Assembly (NCBI GenBank): GCA_022768245.1
Contig: JALEMR010000068.1
Coordinates: 1-54,126, forward strand
DNA length: 54,126 nt
DNA from: Oscillospiraceae bacterium
Lineage (GTDB): Bacteria; Bacillota; Clostridia; Oscillospirales; Ruminococcaceae
Reading direction: 5' to 3'
The position numbers and the translations under genes were made by a program. Below, one piece after another: positions 47,671 through 54,126 of this stretch. A model generated the notes under the pieces. That model saw only the letters and a program-made list of their open reading frames with translations, ran no database searches and was not told the origin of the DNA. The first letter of the stretch is position 1. Every line of letters starts with the position of its first letter.

Positions 47671-50073
47671 TTATCCGTATATTTCCTTCGCCGCAGCCAC
47701 AGTTTCATTGGCGTCCTTGGCGTAATAGTCCGCGCCTATCTTCATTGCATATTCGGGAGTAAGGACCGCTCCTCCCACCACTATCTTGCAGTTGACGTTG
47801 TTCTCGCGGAGCAGCTTTATGGTGTCCTCCATTGCGCCCAGCGTAGTGGTCATAAGAGCGGACAGTCCCACAAGACGGACATCGTTTTCTATGGCTGCGT
47901 CAACCACACGCTGCGGGTCAACGTCCTTACCCAGGTCGATGACCTGATAGCCGTAATTATCCAGAAGCACCTTCACGATATTTTTTCCGATATCGTGGAT
48001 ATCTCCCTTGACCGTCGCAAGTACCACCTTTCCCTTGATGATGGGCTTGCTGTCCGATTCGGAGAGCTTCTGCTTGATGACCTCAAAGCAGCTCTGCGCC
48101 GCGTCCGCAGACAGTATCAGCTGCGGCAGGAATATCTTGCCCTTTTCAAATTCCTGACCTATCTTATCCAGCGACGGAACGAGTATCTTATCTATTATCT
48201 CCATGGGGTCGGTGTTTTCCAGCATTTTCGCGGTTATTGCCGCTCCCTCGCCTTTCAGACCGTTTTCCACAGCATAGGCAAGCTCGTTCTCCGAATGCTT
48301 TTCCTCGGCGGCTGCGACTCCGGTCACGGAGGTAGTCACCTTTACACCGTTATATGCCTTGATGTAGTCGATGCAGTTCTCGTCTATTCCCGCAAGGAGC
48401 TTATACGCTCTCACAGCGCCCGTCATCGAAGCGATATTCGGATTGATTATAGGCAGGTCAAGTCCGTTTGTCAGGCACATTGCAAGGAAATTGCTTGCCA
48501 CCAGTTCACGGTTAGGCAGTCCGAAGGAGATGTTCGATACACCTAAGACAGTTTTCAGTCCCAGTCGGGTCTTGACCATGTTCACCGCCTTGACGGTCTC
48601 CATAACGCCTGCCTGCTCCGCAGAGGCTGTCAGGGTCAGACAGTCGATAAACACATTCTGCCGCGGTATGCCCAGTTCAAGAGCACGGGCGAGTATCTTC
48701 TCGGCTATTTTAAATCTGTCCTCCGCCTTTTTTGGTATGCCGTTCTCGTCCAGAGTAAGACCCACTACGGCTGCGCCGTACTTCTTCACCAGCGGGAGCA
48801 CGTTCCGAAGAGACTTTTCCTCGCCGTTTACCGAGTTGACTATGGGCTTACCGTTATATACCCGCAGCGCCTTTTCAAGAACATCGGGCATGGTGGAATC
48901 TATCTGCAAGGGAAGATTTGTTATGCCCTGAATGGACTTGACAGCGCTTATCATCATGCTGCCCTCGTCGATGTCGGGAAGTCCCACATTCACGTCGAGG
49001 ATATCAGCGCCTGCCTTTGCCTGTTCCAGAGCCTGTCCTAAAATGTAGTTGATATCGTTGTTTATGAGCGCTTCCTTGAAACGCTTCTTGCCCGTGGGAT
49101 TTATTCTCTCGCCGATTATCCTCGGCTGATCTATTACCACCGTATTCTCGGGCGAGCATACCGCTGCGGGGATATCTGTCTCCCTCTCACAGTATTTCAT
49201 CGAGGACAGCTTCTCGGAGAGAACACGGATAAACTCGGGATCCGTTCCGCAGCAGCCGCCGAATATCTTCACTCCAAGCTTAGTAAGCTCTGCGGCGCTT
49301 TCGGCGAATTCCTCGGGAGTGACGTTATATCCGCCAGTTTCGGGGTCGGGAAGTCCTGCGTTGGGCTTGCAGACTATGGGAAGGGTCGTCCACAAGGATA
49401 TCTTCTTTACGATAGGATACAGTTCCTTTGGTCCCAGTGAGCAGTTCACGCCTATTGCGTCCGCTCCCAGTCCCTCCAGTGTCAACGCCATGGATTCGGG
49501 ACAGCAGCCCACGAAGGTACGCTGATTCTGCTCAAAGCTCATGGTGCAGATGACGGGGAGCTCGCTGTTCTCCTTCGCCGCAAGAAGCGCCGCCTTTGTC
49601 TCGTAAAGGTCGGTCATTGTTTCAATGACTATCAGGTCGGCGTCCTTTCCCGCAATTATTTCCTCCTTGAAAAGCTCGTAAGCCTCCTCGAAGGTCAGGC
49701 TTCCTGTCGGCTCCAGAAGCTGTCCGATAGGACCGATATCCAGCGCCACAAGGGCTTTTCCGTCCACTGCCTTCCTTGCATTTTCAACGGCAGGCGGGAT
49801 AAGCTCCGCAGGCGTTTTTCCGCAGTGGGCAAGCTTAAGGCGATTCGCTCCGAATGTATTGGCATATACGATATCCGAGCCCGCCTCCATATAGCGGCGG
49901 TGAATATCCATTGTCCACTCGGGCTTTTCGATGTTGATAAGCTCGGGAGTTTCTCCCGGCTTCATGCCCTTTGCCTGGAGCATGGTTCCCATAGCTCCGT
50001 CCAGTATTATAAAATCCTTTGAATCAAGAAACGCTTTAAAATTCACAGCGTGTCCCTCTCTTTCTGAAAGCAC
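47671..50073 (-). CDS. metH: Cobalamin-dependent methionine synthase MetH core (Hcy-binding, pterin-binding and B12-binding domains); the activation domain is encoded separately
   Basis: GTG start. The motifs are ILDGAMGT (Hcy domain), a pterin-binding TIM, and the B12-binding motif ATVKGDIHDIGKNIV. At 800 aa it lacks the C-terminal AdoMet activation domain. Confidence 0.9.
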   Translation of the reverse strand: MLSEREGHAVNFKAFLDSKDFIILDGAMGTMLQAKGMKPGETPELINIEKPEWTMDIHRRYMEAGSDIVYANTFGANRLKLAHCGKTPAELIPPAVENARKAVDGKALVALDIGPIGQLLEPTGSLTFEEAYELFKEEIIAGKDADLIVIETMTDLYETKAALLAAKENSELPVICTMSFEQNQRTFVGCCPESMALTLEGLGADAIGVNCSLGPKELYPIVKKISLWTTLPIVCKPNAGLPDPETGGYNVTPEEFAESAAELTKLGVKIFGGCCGTDPEFIRVLSEKLSSMKYCERETDIPAAVCSPENTVVIDQPRIIGERINPTGKKRFKEALINNDINYILGQALEQAKAGADILDVNVGLPDIDEGSMMISAVKSIQGITNLPLQIDSTMPDVLEKALRVYNGKPIVNSVNGEEKSLRNVLPLVKKYGAAVVGLTLDENGIPKKAEDRFKIAEKILARALELGIPRQNVFIDCLTLTASAEQAGVMETVKAVNMVKTRLGLKTVLGVSNISFGLPNRELVASNFLAMCLTNGLDLPIINPNIASMTGAVRAYKLLAGIDENCIDYIKAYNGVKVTTSVTGVAAAEEKHSENELAYAVENGLKGEGAAITAKMLENTDPMEIIDKILVPSLDKIGQEFEKGKIFLPQLILSADAAQSCFEVIKQKLSESDSKPIIKGKVVLATVKGDIHDIGKNIVKVLLDNYGYQVIDLGKDVDPQRVVDAAIENDVRLVGLSALMTTTLGAMEDTIKLLRENNVNCKIVVGGAVLTPEYAMKIGADYYAKDANETVAAAKEIYG

Positions 50074-50719
50074 ATTCTCCCTTTAATAAACATGAAGCGC
50101 AGCCCCGTTTTCCACGCGGAAGCTCGCTGTCCGATATGCCGCAGACCGCGGTCACCGATTTTATCGGAGTGAGCATTCCCGACCTGTTCACGCATATCCC
50201 CGCAAGCCGTCCCGCATTCAGAACGTCCAGAAGCTCCCGCTGAATGCCCAGCGGAAAATCTCCGTACCCCGGAGAAAATCTCCATGTGATGAATTTATCG
50301 GGATATTTTTCCTTTAACAGCTCGTCGAATTTATTGCAGACCTGCTCGGCTGCGGCGCTGGCGAATGCGTCGGCGATGAATGCCTTCGCCATGTTTTCTA
50401 TCTGATATTTCCGAATGAGCAGATCGGCTCCCGCTCCCACAGTGGCGCACATCACCGCCGCCGAATGACAGCCCTTAAGCAGCGAGGAAATATCCTTCCC
50501 CTCAAACAGGAGAGGACAGTCCTTTAAGGTGACCTTTTCCCCGTTATTATCGGCTATCTCAAACACTCTGTAGGTGTAAAAGGGCGACGCCGCGGCAATG
50601 AGCTCCTGTTCGCACTCGTCGGCAAGCTCTGCCATTGCTCCTTCGGGAGAATAGCCCTCCGCAGCCATATAGCGGAAGGCTTCCTCACGGTTTATTTTGT
50701 CCAGAATTATTTTTTCCAT
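50036..50719 (-). CDS. Stand-alone methionine synthase activation (AdoMet-binding) domain protein
   Basis: The track ORF is 50036..50767. MEKIILDKINREEAFRYMAAEGY at 50719 is the typical N-terminus. The stop overlaps the metH start. Confidence 0.75.
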   Translation of the reverse strand: MEKIILDKINREEAFRYMAAEGYSPEGAMAELADECEQELIAAASPFYTYRVFEIADNNGEKVTLKDCPLLFEGKDISSLLKGCHSAAVMCATVGAGADLLIRKYQIENMAKAFIADAFASAAAEQVCNKFDELLKEKYPDKFITWRFSPGYGDFPLGIQRELLDVLNAGRLAGICVNRSGMLTPIKSVTAVCGISDSELPRGKRGCASCLLKGECAFRKRGTRCEF

Positions 50720-50723
50720 AATA

Positions 50724-51581
50724 TCAGAGCAGCGATGAGATATTTTCGCTGATCCTCCTTGCAACATAAGGATTGTTCATAGTGTAAAGATGTATGCCGT
50801 CCACTCCGCTGCCGATAAGATCGACTATCTGGTCGGTAGCGTAGGCAATGCCCGCGTCACGAAGCGCTTCGGGATTATTCTCATACTTCTGCATTACCCG
50901 TGCAAACTTATGAGGAAGGCTCGCTCCGCACATGGAGACCATTCTTTCAATCTGCTTTTTATTCGTGACAGGCATTATCCCCGCTTCTATCGGGACATTT
51001 ATCCCCGCAGCTCTTGCCTTTTCGAGGAAATTATAGAAAGCCGTATTGTCAAAGAAAAGCTGGCTCATAAGATGCTCCGCGCCCGCTTCCACCTTTATTT
51101 TCAGGTGCTCAATGTCGGTGTCCATATCGGGAGCGTCCATGTGTACCTCGGGATAGCAGGCTCCGCTGATATGGAAATCGCCGTGCTGCTTTATGAAGGT
51201 CACCAGATCGGAGGCATAGTCAAAATCATGCTTGGGCTCCACATCGGGAACGATATCCCCTCTTAACGCGAGGATATTTTCTATCCCCAGCGCCTTGAAC
51301 TCGTCAAGTATGCGCAGGATATCCTCCTTGGTATTGTTCACGCAGGATAAATGCGCTGCGGAGGTTATCCCCATTTCGCTTATCTTTGAAGCGATCTGCG
51401 CGGTGATGTTGTTCGCAGATGAACCGCCTGCGCCGTATGTAACGCTGATAAAATCGGGGTGCAGCTCCTTAAGCTCGTCGAGAGTGCTGTAAATGGTATC
51501 GACGGAGCTTGTCTTTTTCGGCGGGAACACCTCAAAGGAAAATACGGTGCGGTCTTTGTTGAATTTCTCGGATATCTTCAT
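50724..51581 (-). CDS. metF: 5,10-methylenetetrahydrofolate reductase
   Basis: FSFEVFPPKK...ISVTYGAGGS...LRGD are MetF FAD/folate motifs. It is 285 aa. Confidence 0.9.
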   Translation of the reverse strand: MKISEKFNKDRTVFSFEVFPPKKTSSVDTIYSTLDELKELHPDFISVTYGAGGSSANNITAQIASKISEMGITSAAHLSCVNNTKEDILRILDEFKALGIENILALRGDIVPDVEPKHDFDYASDLVTFIKQHGDFHISGACYPEVHMDAPDMDTDIEHLKIKVEAGAEHLMSQLFFDNTAFYNFLEKARAAGINVPIEAGIMPVTNKKQIERMVSMCGASLPHKFARVMQKYENNPEALRDAGIAYATDQIVDLIGSGVDGIHLYTMNNPYVARRISENISSLL

Positions 51582-53140
51582 TATTTATTTTTCTCCTTTT
51601 CAGACAGTATTGCAGGGATAACATCGTCACGGGACGTTCTGAAAGGCGAAGCGGGTATCTTGTTCTTTCCGAACAGGGTCGCCTTTCCGTAGTTTACCCA
51701 CTGATAGCGGACATATTTCGGAGTTTTCACCTTATCCGACTTGACGAACACCTTATCTCCCCGTATTTCCGCCTTTGCGGGATAATATACTCTGTCCTCC
51801 CCTGCTATCTCAAAGCCCGTAAGCTCGCCGTCGGAATAAAGTCCCTCCGCATAGCTGAATTCAAGCAGGAATCCTCCGTCGGAAACGGTATAGCACTTGT
51901 AGACAGGTCCGTATGCCTTGTCTGCGGACAGCTTTCCGTACACATGACAGAGCGCCTGCAGCTCTAACCGCTCGCCTACCGGAGCCTTGTCCAGCGGGTG
52001 GATATTGTGGAACTCTCCCTTGTCGAGGATAACTGCAAGTCCCGTATTCGCCACAGTCTGATGAACGCGGAGCTGTGCCTCTCTGATAAGACACCAGTGC
52101 TTTCTGTCCTCCACGCCCTCGTCGATGTGGAAGGGCAGCTGCACGAACAGGAAAGGCAGCGTATCGTCGTTCCAGTCGGTGCGCCACTGCTCTATGAGCA
52201 TTTTCAGCAGCTTGTAATATGTGCCCGGCTTATGGTCGTCGGATTCGCCCTGATAGTAGATAAAGCCCGCTATTGTGTAGGGCATGACGCGCTTTAGCAT
52301 GGTCTCGTATACTCCCCCTGCACGGAAGGGCGAACGGGGTCCTAAGGGCTCGGGATATCTTGAAGGACTGCCCGCATACTTCTGTGCGTCCTCCCAGTTT
52401 CCGTCCTTTGGGTGCTTGGCATAATACTCGTTGATCTTCGGCTGCCACTGTTCCTCCCAGCGTCGGTAATCCTCCAGCTCTTCAAGATAATCCTTTTCGG
52501 ACTTTCCGCTCATTGCTTCGTCAAGCTCGTCAACATAGGTTTTCGTATCGGGGTCGGTGACGAGCATCTCACGGCTTATCCACGCCGAAGCGGAAGTGCC
52601 GCCCCAGTTGCAGCCGATAATTCCCACTGTGCAGTGAAGATCTGCCGCCAGCTTTTTTGCAAAATAGTATCCCACTGCGGACCATACCTTGGAATTTTCC
52701 TCGGAGGGCAGCTGCCAGCCGCCGTTTTGTTCATCAATGAAGAAATAGTCATCGATGAAGGCGTTTTTCTTGGTGTAGTAGAATCTTACGTTGGACTCGG
52801 AGCTTTTTTTCAGTTCCTCGCCGCCGTTCAGGCTGTTCTGCAGCTCCAGCTCCATATTTGACTGACCGCCCGCAAGCCATACCTCGCCCACTGCAATGTC
52901 TGTGAAAATCACCGTTTCAGCGCCGTCGGAGATCACCAGCACAAGCTCCTCGGCGTACTTGTCCGCAGCGGGGATAATAACGCTCCACTTGTGACGGCGC
53001 ACCGCAGTTTTGACCGTTTCTCCGTTGAATTTAACGGTAACTTCCCGTCCGTCAACATCGGTACCCCAAATATTAACAGGCTTCCCACGCTGGAAAACCA
53101 TATGATTGCTGAATATCGCGGCAGCATGAAGCATACCCAT
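51581..53140 (-). CDS. SGNH-type sialate O-acetylesterase-like carbohydrate esterase (DUF303)
   Basis: The track ORF is 51581..53188. The ATG at 53140 follows GGAAGGAA. It has the GGQSNM catalytic motif (VWLAGGQSNMELEL) and a second esterase lobe. Its stop overlaps the metF ATG by 1 nt. Confidence 0.65.
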   Translation of the reverse strand: MGMLHAAAIFSNHMVFQRGKPVNIWGTDVDGREVTVKFNGETVKTAVRRHKWSVIIPAADKYAEELVLVISDGAETVIFTDIAVGEVWLAGGQSNMELELQNSLNGGEELKKSSESNVRFYYTKKNAFIDDYFFIDEQNGGWQLPSEENSKVWSAVGYYFAKKLAADLHCTVGIIGCNWGGTSASAWISREMLVTDPDTKTYVDELDEAMSGKSEKDYLEELEDYRRWEEQWQPKINEYYAKHPKDGNWEDAQKYAGSPSRYPEPLGPRSPFRAGGVYETMLKRVMPYTIAGFIYYQGESDDHKPGTYYKLLKMLIEQWRTDWNDDTLPFLFVQLPFHIDEGVEDRKHWCLIREAQLRVHQTVANTGLAVILDKGEFHNIHPLDKAPVGERLELQALCHVYGKLSADKAYGPVYKCYTVSDGGFLLEFSYAEGLYSDGELTGFEIAGEDRVYYPAKAEIRGDKVFVKSDKVKTPKYVRYQWVNYGKATLFGKNKIPASPFRTSRDDVIPAILSEKEKNK

Positions 53141-53352
53141 AAAACACCATTCCTTCCGATAGATTTCATATATATTATATTTTACCACACAAAATCGGGT
53201 TAGTCAACAAAAAAATCGTCCGTTCTTATAATATTCATATTATACTGACATAATAGGTTTTATAGGCAACACACAAAATGTTTTATAACAAACAAATTTT
53301 CGGCGATATGCCGCCCCACAAATATTCCCCGAAATATTTTTTTGTCGTTTTA

Positions 53353-53381
53353 TTGACTTAATGCAAATTTAATGGTATAAT
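53353..53381 (+). promoter_or_regulatory. sigma-A promoter
   Basis: TTGACT, a 17-nt spacer, then TATAAT (a perfect consensus) upstream of the partial ORF at 53453. Confidence 0.5.
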
Positions 53382-53452
53382 GAATATAATTGAATAAATA
53401 TGTTCGGAGATATCCTCCGGACATTCAACACAGCAAATATCGAGGTAAGCTA

Positions 53453-54126
53453 ATGCTTGAATTCAGAACTATCGACAGAAGCGACAGGAACAGGATAACC
53501 GCAATTTTAAAAGAGTCCGATTTCCGAGGCTGCGAGTATTCCTTTGCGAATAATCTCGCATGGTACAGGGTCTATAAAACGTCTATCTGCTTTTACGGCG
53601 GATTTTATATCACAAAGTCCGAAGCGGACGGACTGCGATTCACCTATCCTCCCGGACAGGGCGATATCAGACAGCTTTTTTCCGAGCTGAAAAAGTATTC
53701 CGAGGAACGGGGATACCCGCTGACTATATCCTCCGTCACCGACGAAAAGCTCTCCATGCTTTCCGAAATGTATCCCGACGGCTTTACCGTTTCCGACGAC
53801 GAGGGCGGCTTTGACTACATCTACAACGCCGATGACCTGAAAAATCTGCCCGGCGGAAAATATCACAAGAAACGCAATCATCTGAAAAAGATAGAGAATT
53901 ATAATTACAGCTACTCCCCCATGACCGAAGCCGATTTCGACGACTGCATCACCTTCGCGGCAAAGCACTACAACGCACGCAGCAGCACCGACGAATCAGA
54001 AATAGGCGAACAGTTTGCTATCAATACCTTCTTCGGCGAGTTTGACTATCTGGGGCTTACGGGCGGAGTTCTCCGCGTGGACGGACAGGTAGCCGCCTTC
54101 ACTATCGGCGAAAGGCTCAATTCCGA
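53453..54126 (+). CDS. DUF2156-like (lysyl-PG synthase C-terminal domain / GNAT-fold) protein; partial, running off the window end
   Basis: The ATG at 53453 follows GAGGT. The frame is open to the window end (MLEFRTIDRSDRNRITAILKESDFRGCEYSFANNLAW...). The ORF track omits it because no stop lies inside the window. Confidence 0.45.
   Translation, partial: MLEFRTIDRSDRNRITAILKESDFRGCEYSFANNLAWYRVYKTSICFYGGFYITKSEADGLRFTYPPGQGDIRQLFSELKKYSEERGYPLTISSVTDEKLSMLSEMYPDGFTVSDDEGGFDYIYNADDLKNLPGGKYHKKRNHLKKIENYNYSYSPMTEADFDDCITFAAKHYNARSSTDESEIGEQFAINTFFGEFDYLGLTGGVLRVDGQVAAFTIGERLNS

Noticed and set aside
53141-53330. An expected SAM (S-box) riboswitch upstream of the metF/metH operon
   Set aside because: The promoter is only about 30 nt from the first start codon, and no S-box-like conserved helices were seen. 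The statement stays tentative until checked with a covariance model.
53507-53968. 153-aa minus-strand ORF
   Set aside because: It is antisense to the better-supported DUF2156-like + strand gene, which has a consensus promoter and ribosome-binding site.

Overview
This 54-kb window looks like a Clostridia-type (sporulating Firmicutes) chromosome segment. The evidence is an alpha/beta SASP gene, Gram-positive polC, a recD2-comFC pair, a split MetH, ftsEX with a PcsB-like M23 peptidase, and extended -10 sigma-A promoters. The core is housekeeping: lepA, an RluA-family pseudouridine synthase, malic enzyme, ftsE/ftsX, ctpA, polC, recD2, comFC, mreB, trmH-family methylase, metH with a separate activation-domain gene, and metF. 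Interspersed are carbohydrate-active enzymes with AraC or LacI regulators: GH127 arabinofuranosidase, a GH30/GH59-like lipoprotein, a GH2 enzyme and an SGNH sialate-O-acetylesterase-like esterase. The left 10 kb looks accessory. It holds a promoter-to-terminator cassette of two tandem WYL-domain proteins, a TM-less SPFH protein, BspA-type LRR proteins, a tRNA-3'-end-like mini-helix, a thrice-repeated palindromic motif, and a decayed ParM-like gene next to tRNA-Leu(UAA). Three non-coding oddities are unexplained by genes: a perfect tandem duplication of a 92-nt hairpin upstream of ctpA; thirteen exactly 7-nt-spaced stop triplets (12 TAG, 1 TAA) right after polC; and a 250-nt block of five to six consecutive perfect hairpins, including a TIR-bounded 145-nt element, upstream of a small Cys-rich ORF. 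No CRISPR array, rRNA or intact transposase was seen. Coordinates derived by hand-counting may be off by a few nt; product calls come from motif recognition only, with no database search.
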